From assembly GCF_039654945.1 (NCBI RefSeq), contig NW_027361812.1, positions 13,454,001 through 13,518,000 on the forward strand: 64,000 nucleotides of DNA, given 5' to 3'. The position numbers and the translations under genes are program-made. Shown one piece after another: positions 13,295 to 25,269 of the stretch (its first letter is position 1; every line of letters starts with the position of its first letter). Source of the DNA: Dendrobates tinctorius (Eukaryota). The notes beneath the pieces were generated by a model, which worked only from the letters and a program-made list of their open reading frames with translations, was not told the origin of the DNA and ran no database searches.

Positions 13295-15356
13295 TCATTT
13301 GCTATTGGCTTGTTGGGTGATGAGGAGAACTTGATAGGGACCGTTATACAAGGGTTCTAGTCCGTGCTTCCTGACATGCCTCTTCACGACTACCAAATCA
13401 CCAGGCTTCAGGTTATGACAGGTGTCGGTTTCTGCTGAATCTGGAAAAGAAAAGAAAACTAGAACATAGGTGTTAGCAAGATTTTTACTAAGCAGAATAA
13501 CATATTGAACAACACGGTCAGTTTCTTCTGATAACTGCTGGGGCTGGAAATTTGCAACTGGGGGCCTAGTACCAAACAATATCTCATATGGGGACAGGCC
13601 ATATTTTACAGTAGGGGTAGTACGGATGTGGTATAGTACAATGGGTAGGAGCTCTGGCCATGGAGCCGTAGTCTCCTGCATCATTTTGGTCAATTGTCCC
13701 TTCAGTGTGCCATTCAACCTCTCAACTTTCCCACTGGATTGTGGGTGGTATGGAGTATGGAGGGCTACAGTGGATCCAAGCATTGTCGGAACTTCTTGTT
13801 ACACATGGGAAGAAAAGGCCGGACCTTGATCACTTTCAACAACTTCTGGAACCCCATATCTGCATATCACTTCCATCACCAGTTTCTTTGCTGTGGTTTT
13901 TGCAGTCATGTTGGTAACAGGGAATGCTTCTGGACAACTGGAGAACCGGGGCCCAGTAGAATTTTTGCACCAGTGCGAGGGCCTGATTCTTTCCTCGATA
14001 TGTAGGCCCATGTGCCTATGTGGCAATAGCAGGGTACATCCGCTTAGGGAGACACACAAGTCGGTCCTTTTTCCAGAAACCATTATCCATTCGTGCCCCA
14101 TCAGTCTTCCATTGCTTCACCTCTTCCTTTGGAGACATTCTCTGCATTGTCATTAAGCGGTCTCGCAGGGTTCGACAGAAAACTTCAGTCTGTTGAAGAT
14201 CATCAGGTTCTTGTACGGTCAATGCTTCTTGTAACTGTTTACGCTGAGAGCGTGTGGTCACCATAGTTGGTATGGTTGGTTCAACGGGTAAAAGAGCGGC
14301 GGCTTTTGCTTGCATATCCGCAAATGCGTTGCTAACAGTCTATGGACTGTTCCTAGGACCGTGCGCCTTAACTTTGATAATAGCCACCTGAGTAGGTAAT
14401 TTGATCGAGTCCATGAGGGTTTTAACAGCTTCAGCATTTTTCACTGGGGTTCCAGCAGTAGTAATAAACCCTCGATTGGCCCATAGAGCCCCAAAATCGT
14501 GAACAATAACAAATGCATACCGTGAGTCCGTGTATATATTAGCCCGTCTGTTCTTGGCCAAAGTACATGCAGTAGACAGAGCCTGGAGTTCTGCTTCTTG
14601 TGCTGACTGTGAGGGCGGGAGCGCAGCTGCGTTCACTACAGTGTCCTCTGTGGTAACAGCGTATCCCGTGTGGAATCTACCAAACTCCTCAGCATATCTT
14701 GAACAATCCGTGTATAACACCAGATCAGGATTTGGGAGTGGATTCTCACTGACATTTGGTGGAGTAGCTGTTTTTCAGTCAGAAGTTGGGAACAATCATG
14801 TTGGAGGTAATCCTCATCACTGCCATCTTCCCTTATAGGTCATTATACCGTCTTTCAAGGCGTTGTAAAGGGGTTGAATTATGCGGGATGCATCCGGTAT
14901 CCACTGACAACAATAAGTGCATAGTCCAAGAAAACGCTGGAGTTCAGTTTCATCTTTTGGGAAAGGAAGGGAGCTGACAGCTATTTTTCTTTCTTCTGCG
15001 AGGTGTCTGGCACCCTGAAGGAGACAGTGACCTAAGAATATCACTTGACCAAGGCAGAACTGAAGTCTCGAGACCGAAACCCGACAGTTCAGTGCTGCCA
15101 GATACTTAAGGAGGCTAACAATGGCAGAAATGGCAAAAGACACCTGCTCATATTTTTTCAAATTGGTTGGGACTGTTTTGGGCCCCTTGTGGCATAACTG
15201 TCCATATTAACTGTCGTTCCTGCTAAGTGAATGCAAATAGAAACTGGCAGTCTGGGTGTAACGGAATGCTAAAGAAGGCATTGGTAAGATCAATAACTGT
15301 AAACCAAGCAGCATCCTGGGGTATTTGGGACAAAAGAGTATGAGGATTAGGCACCA
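13295..15356 (-). pseudogene. ERV pol remnants (RT, RNase H, integrase)
   Basis: RT: VPNPHTLLSQIP..IDLTNAFFSIPLHPDCQFLFAFT*..MPQGAQNSP and FLGLCTYC, with no YxDD visible. RNase H: YTDCS..SAQEAEL..IYTDSRYAF. Integrase: ESDQGPAF..YHPQSSGKVERLNGTLK..GPY. Contains stops, frameshifts and deletions. Confidence 0.92.
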
Positions 15357-15734
15357 GGTTTGAGAAACACTTTTACTGGTTCTACAGGCATTTTCCCTAT
15401 ATCATTTGGCCCTTTTGACCAGAGTTTAGATGGTATCTCTGAGAGGTATGGGGTGAGTCATTGATCCTCTGGCAATATTGGGGGTGGATCTGAGCCTATC
15501 AGGGCCATCATAACCGTGAGAAGGGCATGCAAAATACAGATTTCCTCACTGTCTTCATCTACATAGGGATTTTATAACAAAAAAAAAACATCTGACCATC
15601 ATCTTGGAATTGTATTCTGGAGCGGAACTGTGATAATTAATCTACCCCTAGTAAATTTACAGGACATGTGGGAGAGATTACAAACTGAGCAGTAACGAGA
15701 ATTAGCAGGGAGGGGCTGAGGAGCAGGGTTCCCA

Positions 15735-16528
15735 CTAGCTGAAGTCTGAGGAAGGGGGCGAGAGTTTGCTGTGTGGGCTGAAGGGCACACTGTTTGCTCG
15801 CAGCTGCGGTGGGGGCTGGAGGCTGCTGTTTGCTCTCTTTTTTTTTCCCTCTCTCTCTCTCTGCTGAACAGAGCGGGTTAAAGTCTTCTGAAAACTTTTT
15901 TTTTTCTTCTTTGGATCCCCATAACCACTAGCAATATTAGGCATAGCGGGGACTGAGGCTGGCAGCGGTGGCTGATAATAGATACCGTCAGCATTCAACA
16001 AAGGAAAGGTGGGGGCTGCAACACCCGGTCTTCTTGTGCCACAATTATAACAGACCTCTCTCCACTGAGGATTAGTAACTACACATACAGCACAGATCCA
16101 CCCGGCAGGATCATAGGGTGGGGGCATACTGAGTTTCGGTAGTCCAGGATACATCGGTGCCTTAGGGTTAAGGGGCACTGAGCTTACAGTCGGGAGGAGA
16201 GGCTTGATTTCCTGGGGAGGGACCTTATCATCTAACAGGGAAACTTCTTGTTTCAAATCATCACTTTTAACTATTCGACTGCCTGACACATTGGTATTAA
16301 TCTTAATTCCTTCTTAATCAATCACATTCTCACACCACAGTCACTTGCTTGAACCACAATACATCCAGTCCCTGTCATAATAGACAATTTTTCCTTCTTC
16401 AACATAGCAGTAACAGAAACAGTATCAGAATTCACTTGCTGTTCAATTTCCACATAACCTTCATTATACAATTCATGTGCCAAGCCACGGAATTCCTCAG
16501 CGCCTTTAAGTAATCCATCATCAGTCAA
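15735..16528 (-). pseudogene. ERV gag N-terminal remnant (late domains + RanBP2-type zinc finger)
   Basis: PKAPMYPGL and PPPY late-domain-like motifs, then WICAVCVVTNPQWREVCYNC. No capsid or nucleocapsid recognisable downstream. Confidence 0.7.
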
Positions 16529-18950
16529 CCTCCCTTTATTTATTTATTTATTTTATTTTTTAACTCCTTCATCCCATAGCGTAGGCTACAACCTCCCGCC
16601 CTTAGAAAATCCCAGAATCGAAAATATTTTTCCTGCATTCCTGACATTTCTTTCCTCGTCTTTGAATCATAAGACTAACAGTATCTGATCCTTCACACAA
16701 TTCCAAACTTTTCTTTTTCTTCCACAGAAACATAATTCTCTCCTTTAGAGCTAAATATCCTGACAAATTGTGCACAATACTGGAGCAGCCGTCTCCGTTT
16801 GTTCCACAGGGTCAATAATCCCCCTCTGGGATTGCCCAAAATTCGCGGTACTCAGTGAAAGGAGGAGGGCGTCTCAGACTATCCCTCCAGACACCTCTGG
16901 TTATATATATCTATCTATATATACCTGAGTTACGTATCCTACCCAGTCTTCGATCACTAACTACGCCCAATACTAATAATGATCGGGAATTTCAGGATAT
17001 TTTGACTATAAAGAGAGTCACAATCACTGGTCAATCCGGGGTGTCCGTCCCTTATGAGGTACGGTTCGAGCACTGGGCCCCCAACGGGACTAAACCTCTA
17101 TATGATTCCACCCATGAATCACCCCACCACGGGGACAAACCTCAGATCCTCTTTGCAGCAACAAGCACAGGAAAACCACACCAATGGTCAGTCTGAACAG
17201 TATAACTGCCAACTTACCGTGGTTGTGGGGCATGATCAGTCCCAATTTTCCAGCACCTGTGTCCGCTCCGAGGGTCCTTTGTCTTGTTGTCCTCCAGGAG
17301 CAGAGGCGTCCCTGTTCGGGGGCCCCACGTTGGGCACCACTGTCGAGGTAGCTATTTTGGGAGGGCTAAATTAACCCTTCACGGTTGAGCCAGTGATTTC
17401 CAAATTATTCCAGTGTTGCTAGCAACTCAAATGACCACACGGAGACTGGGGTCTCTGTACGGGAGGATCGAGGCAGATCACTAAGCCCCTTTATTTTAGT
17501 CACATCTTTTATAATCTTTTGCTTAATTATGCAAGGTTCTCAAGTACCAATAGCATCATTTCACTTTATAAGTCAATAATATTGCAAGAAAACCGGAAAC
17601 TACATATATGTCCGTACCTAAATAGCGTAGAAAGTAGTATAATGGCATATTCTTCAGAGTTTTACACCCCCGCCTCCCTTATCTTTGTACCTGATGAGAA
17701 CAGTCTGGTTTCATGACAGCCCATGCCAATTACAAAAATTTATCTTGCAACAACAAAACCAGAGAAACGAAACCTCCAGAGAATGGATAAAACGAAACTT
17801 CAACTCTGATTTTAGTATTAACCCTTCACAGTTCCACTCCTGGTTTTGGCTTACAAATACTGATGTAAAATACTGACCAAATACTGAATGTGTGAACGAG
17901 GCCTTATATTTACCATCTGCTGTCTTCTGCTGTTATCGACGCTGCTCCAATCAGTCTCCAGCAGTTTGTGACATGCCGGATCACTCCGGTTTACTGGAAC
18001 CGGAGGTCACTTTTCATTGTAAGTCTATGATAGGCTCATTCTGGCCTCATTCAGGCCTCGTTCTGGCTCTCATAGACTTGCATTGAGAGCAAGTGATTGT
18101 TATGTCTGATTTCCGGTCAGTCAGAAGTTGTGGTCACAAGATGGTGGAGCGGGACCGAAGCGAAGCTGGGAAGAACTGAAGATGTTGGGTGGTGAGTATA
18201 ATACTAAGTTCAGTGACATTTTGTTACCTGTACCTCTCCAGCTGCAATAAGAAAAAACGCTGGAGTGGTGCTTTAATAAACAATTTAATACAAAACCGAT
18301 CTCATTAGCAGGAAACCTTTATATATCTGACTTAGTAGTGTCTTCTTGCAGGTTGATATATTTCATGATCATCTTAGGTACGTTCTATAGTTATGGAAGT
18401 CTTACCATGTCTTGTTGTTCTGTATACTCACTTTTATTTTTGCACATTATCTCACTGAATATGAAGTCCTTCATCTTATTCCTTTGTCTACGGTAACTAA
18501 GATAAAGGCATATAGTTTACAAGCCAAGACAGTGAATATGCTTACCATAATTTCCCCAAGTATTAAGACAGCATTTGTCTATGATGATACATTGGTGAAC
18601 TGTTAATAATTGTACTGTTAGTCCTCCTGTCAGACCATGCACACTAAAGTAAGTGTTATCGACAGTTTACCTTGGAAGAGACATTGCCGTATACTGCCAC
18701 GGAGAGGTTTACGAGAACATAGTGCTGACTTACAGTATGTTAACCAGATCTTCAGCTATTCCTAATTTAAGTTGTATTTAATGTATCACTGAACAATAGT
18801 AGAGAAAGACAGCAGCATATACCAGCTTTATTTCTGACCACACACCTTATAGATGTTGGTCGGTTGCTGAACTATGTGAATAAATATCATGTGCACTACT
18901 AGAATAGGTGCCTTAGGAGGTTCCCACACCGTACATAGAAATATAATAAA

Positions 18951-19297
18951 CTAGGCACTCAACTTATGCTGAATAGTAGTGGTTTTTAATGCAGCCAAAA
19001 AACGTTTCGGCTACAGGCGGCCTTCTTCAGTTGCAGCGATATTGGGGTTCGGGTATGTGAACCCAAACTGTGTAAACGGTATATTAGAAAGACCCGGGAG
19101 GGTGGTGTACCAGCGTGTCAGGCTGTGACGAGGTATCCACCGCTTGTCAGCTCTTTCTTTCTAATACACCGGTTACACCGGTTGGGATCACATGCCCGAA
19201 CCCCAGTATCGCTGTAACTGAAGAAGGCCATCTGTGGCTGAAATGGTTTTTGGCTGCATTAAAAACCACTACTATTCAGCATAAGTTGAGTGCTTAG
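18951..19297. repeat. ~140-bp inverted repeat pair, each arm with a degenerate hammerhead core (Penelope-terminus-like relic)
   Basis: Arms 18951-19091 and 19156-19297. CTGAAGA-A-GGC..GCC-GAAACGTT on - (19030-19001) and CTGAAGA-A-GGCCA tctg TGGCT-GAAA on + (19218-19243). Confidence 0.65.
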
Positions 19298-19837
19298 GTT
19301 GCTCAGCTATGTCTCAGAACTCCGCCATACGTGTGAATACTCCAGGACAGCTTGACATGGGAGAACAAAAGGATGAGGATGGGGCTTTTCACCACAAATA
19401 TCATCTATCCTGACTACAGAATGGTCTGCCATTCCTTCCAAACTTGTCAGGTTTTGCCTTACATGATTCTAATGTGAATAGGGGCTTGATGTATCACTGC
19501 CCGACCTTCATCTCCAAGGACATCACCTTTAATAGAGGTGGGGGTGTCTGTAGGCCCCCAATACACATTACATTAGGATGCTGTTCAGCCAACTTTAGTT
19601 TAATCTGTTTGGATATAAACTTCTGCTACAAGTCATGAAGATGCATTACGAATCATGATAATCTTTGTTACATCTATATGATTGTTATCTATTCTAAAAA
19701 AAAACTGTGCAGAGATTTTAGGTAATGTAACCCTAGAAGACTATTTCTTTAAAGGAATTTTTAGACAGTCTATTCCTGGGTACCAGACTGTCTAATCACT
19801 GAGGTATTCAACAAGTATTCTATCTGGAAGAGACCTA

Positions 19838-20244
19838 CACTCCTCAACATTGAAATTGCTACACCAAGAGTTGTGGAATTAGGGAACTTACAGGACCAAT
19901 AAACATGTTAATGATGTGCAAATGATGAGAAAATAGAAACAAAAAAATTAAAAACACTTTGATTTATTCAATATTATGAGTATGAGTCCCACACTTACAT
20001 GCCTTAGCTGCTGTCAATGAGGTTATTAATGGTTGCGTGAGGAATGTTCTGCCACCCTGAATGCACTTGGAATGTAAATCATCAAGATCAACTGCTGGCA
20101 TCTCCCTTTGGATTTGCCATTTTTAAAAAAAATTGTTTCCAGTTTTAATAATTTGCATATTATTAACATGTCTATCAATGCTGTGAGTTTCATTAATTAC
20201 ATGGCTTTTCCTTCTTGGTATTGCAATTTCAATGTTGAGCAGTG
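19838..20244. mobile_element. Tc1/mariner-derived MITE
   Basis: TA|CACTCCTCAACATTGAAATTGC ... GCAATTTCAATGTTGAGCAGTG|TA. A related degraded longer copy lies at ~34200-36177. Confidence 0.75.
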
Positions 20245-20882
20245 TAGTTTAAACACTATTTTTCCTCAGGAATTATTGCCTGAGCGTCTGTCAATACGAA
20301 ATAACTGTTCAAACTAAGCACAGCACCTTGACGGGAAAATTGCATTTAGTGTCCAAGTCTGTTGCTTTACTTGCCAAAAATTGGCATCATCATCACCCCA
20401 TGATTTTTAGACTCAGGTTTGGTGGTGGTTGGGTGGTTGAGCGTTAAGTACCTTTGTTTCAGTTGCCTCGTGTTGTCAGACTTTAGTCTATTTCGCTTTG
20501 CTTAGCTCCAGCCAGGTGTATCCTCTGTTATTCCTGACTTCCATGCTACAACCAGAGAGTTTCCCAGGCTTGGACCAGGTTACTTAAGAGTTGTCTACAC
20601 AAAGTTCTAAGCTAGTTACCAACTGCTCGTAACTGTACACACCTTGCCTCTGCAATGAAGGAAATTCATCTCTTCAAGTAAATATACAGTATACTTCATT
20701 GCTTTTACATCCCTAATCACTGCTATTAACCATGGTCCTGCTGGAAGACACCAAATTGCATTTACTTGTCAGTTACTCCTGTGTTTAACCATTGCCCTGA
20801 TGGAAAATACTAGGCTGCCTTCCTGCTATTAACTGCTTCCCTGCCAGAAGATACCAGTTTCCTATAAAGTAACTCTTCCTGT

Positions 20883-23469
20883 CAGTAGCGTAGCTACCGG
20901 GGGGGCACAGGGGGCGGTGGCCCCAGGCCCCGCACTCTGAGGGGGCCCACCCGAGCTGTGATTAACTGTTCTATTCTGCAGCAGAGCAGGGAGAATCGAT
21001 CTCCCTGCTCTGCCGCTCGGCTGCTGCGATGTTCATCTCTTCAGTGCGCACAGGACCTGTGATGAGGTCACAGGAGGGGAGGAGTCAGGGGTCACATGAT
21101 CAGGGGTCTCAGTGTATGTAGGACGCTGCTGTCTGTGCTGGTTGTCATGATGCTGAATGAGGGAAGTTTATGTGTGGGGTCAGGAGGGGTTTACAGGGTG
21201 GATGTAGCAGAGCTGTGTGTGTAAAAGGTGTACAGAGCAGAGATGTGTACAGAGCGGAGATGTGTGTGTACAAGGTATACAGAGCTTGTGTGTACAAGGT
21301 GTACGGAGCGGAGCCGCGTGTGTACTTGGTGTACGGAGCGGAGCCGTATGTGTACAAGGTGTACGGAGCGGAGCTGCATGTGTACGAGGTGTACGGAGCG
21401 GAGCTGCGTGTGTATGAGGTGTACGGAGCGGGGATGTGTACGGAGCAGAGCCACATGTGTACGGAGCGAAGCCGCGTGTGTACTCGATGTACGGAGTGGA
21501 GTCGCGTGTGTACGAGGTGTACGGAGTGGAACCATGTGTACGAGGTGTACGGAGCGGAGCCGCGTGTGTACTTGGTGTACGGAGTGGAGCCGTGGGTGTA
21601 CGAGATGTACGGAGCGGAGCCGCGTGTGTACGAGGTGTACGGAGCAGAGATGTGTACGGAGCAGAGCCGCATGTGTACGAGGTGTATGGAGCGGAGATGT
21701 GTACGGAACAGAGCCGCATGTGTGCGAGGTGTACGGAGCAGAGCCACATGTGTACGAAGTGGAGCCGCTTGTGAACGAGGTGTATGGAGCAGAGCCGTTT
21801 GTTTATGAGGTGTACGGAGCGGAGCCAGCGGGGGATCACCTTGGACTTGGGGATGTCGGCCATGTGAGCGGATCATGATATGTCCTGCACCGCGAGGCTC
21901 AGGTGAGCACTGCAACGGGAGCCAGGTTGCTATAGTATCTTTCTTTCTCCAATGTAGCCTCCTTCATATGGTATAATACAGCCCCCCCCAAAGAATATAA
22001 TGTACCCCCTTCAGAATATAATGCAGCCCCCCCTCATAGGGTTTCATGCTGCCCCCCTCATGGGGTATCATGCTGCCCTCCCTCATGTGGGGTATCATAC
22101 TACCCCCCTCATATGGGGTATCTTGCTGCCCCCCCTCATACGGGTATCTTACTGCCCCTCATCATACAGGGTATATCATGCTGTCATACGGGTATCATGC
22201 TGCCGCCCCCCCATACGGGGTATCATAATCATGCAACCAGGTCTCACTATATAAATAATAATAATAAAAAAAACTAACCTCTCATCCTCGCTCCCACGCT
22301 GATTTCGGCGACGGCTCTGCTCCAATGTCAGGAGCTGACGTCATCGTGCACCCGCTCTGTGTCAGAGGAAGAGGGTAATGATGGGAGAAGGAGCGTCATG
22401 TGACACTCTCTCTTCCATTATTGCGGCGCGCACTGGGGGCCGCGCTGATGCTGCGTCCCCCTGTCTTTCGGCCCCATGGGCTGGGGGCCCCTGGGGGGTG
22501 TGGGGGCCCTGGTCTGCAGGCCCTTATAGCGGGCAGTGTTAGCCGCAGCCTGTGGCAAACACTGGCTGCTTAATATTCACTCCTCTCCACGCCCATGGGA
22601 GCGTGGGGAAGCGTGAATATTCATTTCTCTTTAGCAGCGGGAACAGGCTTTGGCTTCCTGTCACCCGCTGCTGCTCTGCTGGCACGGGGGGCCCCCATAG
22701 CAGCTGCTGGTGTGCCGCTATTAGTGACACACCACTGGCTGGGGGCCCCTGGAGCAGCAGGGACCCTAGGCAGCTGGCCCTATATGCCAGCAGGTGTCAG
22801 TGCCTGGGCCCAACCGAAAATCCTCCGGTGGCCCAGTCCGACCCTGAATGTGGGCACTGTTTTCTAAGGCACTTGCACCAGGAATTACTATATTCTAGAG
22901 TGTTGCTTTAGAATTTATAGGTCACATGGAACCAAACAATAGGTGCAGTAGCCGGGACACATACGGCAGCAGCGGCTCAGTATTGGGGTACCAGGTGCAG
23001 TAATAGGGACACATACAGCAGCAGCGGCTCAGTATTGGGGTACCAGGTGCAGTAATAGGGACACAGTATCAGCAGGATGAGCAGTTTGTGCAGGTTGAAA
23101 ATAGTCCAATTGGTGACGGTGCTGAAAATATGAGAAGTAAAACGTGTCTTTGTTGTATTCTCTGCAGCCGAGTCCTGGCTGGAGGAGTCGTCATGTCGGT
23201 CTGGGCCAGATGGAAAAGACATGAAAAGTGAACGATTCCATCAGAAAGAATGTCAGCGGTAAGTCATTATCTGTAACTCTGCTGTGATCTCTTATATGTT
23301 CGGTAGGACTGGTATTATTTACCACTGACCATATGGCGGTAATATCAATACTGGTCTTTTTATCTATAGATTATTTTTGGCAACAGCGCGGTCATCTGCT
23401 GAGATTCTCTGGTTAGGGGCCCACTCAGAAGTTTCGCCCCCCTGAACCAAAACCCTAGCTACGCCTCTG
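20883..23469. mobile_element. Non-autonomous hAT element carrying minisatellites
   Basis: 8-bp TSD CTTCCTGT (20875-20882 and 23470-23477). TIRs CAGTAGCGTAGCTA / TAGCTACGCCTCTG. Confidence 0.88.
21215..21830. repeat. ~30-bp minisatellite (GTGTACGGAGCGGAGCCGCGTGTGTACGAG)
   Basis: Directly visible tandem units inside the hAT element. Source of the overlapping stop-free ORFs. Confidence 0.92.
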
Positions 23470-24252
23470 CTTCCTGTATGTATCCAAACACATTTATACT
23501 TCCTGCTCTGCTTGTTTGTCTGCCGTTCTGCATACTCATGGTCTTGGTCTTTGCTGATCTACGTGTTGTCCAACAACACCTGCTCTACTGGACTGTCACC
23601 TCTGGTCCATAATGCTCATCTAGACTTACTTACGGCTCAGATAATCCACTATTCCCGATTGAGCTCATAAAAGTTATTTTAGTCACCTGATCCAGCTCCA
23701 GTTCTCAGCCTTGCTCCATTCTATGGCTGTATATTTCAGTCTTCGTCTACACTGGGTTGCCTTGTTTACCCAGCAAGTACTTCTGATATCATCCAATAAG
23801 GTTTAATACCTGCTCAGGTAACCATGAGTTGCCTGAGCATTTGAGAAGTAGAGCACCTTGCTACCATGTGCTATATTGCAGGAGTGAGGTCGGAGTCACA
23901 CTAGTGAGAAATACGGACGAGTGCTATGCGAGAAAAAAATAGTCCCAATGTTAATCTATGGGGCAGCTCCCATCAGCTGTTTTTTTTCTCGGCCGTATTA
24001 TACGTGTTGAGAAAATCGCAGCATGCTGCGATTGTCAGCGTATTATGCCCGTAAAATGCCAATGCAAGTCTATGGGGGCGAGAAAAATACGGATTACACA
24101 CGGAGCATACGTGTGACTTGCGAGAAATACGCCCCGGTGTCCTTTAACAAAAGACGTCAATCCAGTGCGCGATACAGTAAAATCACACTGACATGTATAT
24201 TAAAGAATAGAAAGAATGGATATATAGACATAGAATACATATATATATATAC

Positions 24253-24304
<52 letters not shown>

Positions 24305-24305
<1 letters not shown>

Positions 24306-25269
24306 TAGCTATGAACCCGTTCTACGCCCGGGTGGCGAACATTTATATTGTGACATGGTCTGTATTCTGGTATGTGCTGCTTCTATCCTGCGCCGCTCTT
24401 CTGTTATGTGGTACTCTCATCCTGCGTCCCCATTCTGGTATGTGCTGTTGCTATCTAGTGATGTGCTGGTTCTATAAAATAGAACTTGAGTCAATGTGTG
24501 CGTATTTCACAATATCTGGTGTCATTTTGTTGAAGACACTATGTCTAGGAATTTGCACACACAGTGTGTTCACGAAAATGGCATCATAGTGCAGTATGCA
24601 GGCGTTGTCACTGAGGCACTACACTGCACAGGTGTTACCTATTTTGTCTTTGAACCGAAAGACACATTTACTGTTATATATAACATTTTGCCGTGTGCTG
24701 GAGCAGGGCTCTTACAATGGCGGCAGGTGTTGTTCAGTGACATGACGTCATGCTGCGCCACAAACCGCCGTGTGCTGAGAGCAGTGCGAGACCGTTGGCG
24801 TAATGCTGCGCCACAAACCGCCGTGTGCCGACAGCAGTGCGAGACCCAGCATCACTATCAGATTATGACGTAGTTGGGCGGTGATTTCTGTAGAGGGCGT
24901 GTTGTGTGTCTGACTCGGCGCCTGTGCAGATTATTACATAGTTGGGCGGTGATTTCTGTAGTGGGCGTGTTGTGTGTCTGACTCGGCGCTGTCCGCCGCC
25001 ATTTTCTTGAAGATACACTGTAGTGTGCTTCAACATGGCGGCAGTAAGCGATGACTATGCAGGCGCCGAGTTCGGCACCACAACACGCCGTTTCCAGACA
25101 TCACGGCCTAACAACATCATAATCTGGTATTGATTCGGGGTCTCGCTGTGATGTCAGGAGAGGGCCCGCGTCAATACCCGATTGTTTAGCTGTTCTGAGA
25201 TGTGTTTCATAAAATGGCGGTGGTAAGCGTGGGGGATGCGTCACTCTGGGTCCAGACTGCGTAGGCGCT
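24305..25269 (-). mobile_element. Helitron-like element 3' end
   Basis: The - strand reads ...CCCGGGCGTAGAACGGG (hairpin) TTCATAG CTAG|T into a (TA)n tract, which is the canonical Helitron 3' signature. The 5' end was not identified. Confidence 0.55.

Larger units (their letters stand above)
12226..17830 (-). mobile_element. Internally deleted class I (epsilon/gamma-like) endogenous retrovirus
   Basis: Two 490-bp TG..CA LTRs (12226-12715 and 17341-17830) with about 10 substitutions by manual count, and a 4-bp TSD GTTC. tRNA-Lys PBS at 17322-17339 and a purine tract before the 3' LTR. gag, RT, RNase H, IN and env-TM remnants in order. Confidence 0.95.
12101..17904. mobile_element. Harbinger-type MITE (CAGTATTT repeats) split by the ERV
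   Basis: Halves 12101-12225 and 17831-17904 rejoin to match the uninterrupted copy at 37835-38037. Confidence 0.8.

Noticed and set aside
21145-21915. Overlapping 200+ aa Cys/Tyr-rich ORFs
   Set aside because: Translation of the 30-bp minisatellite inside a hAT element.
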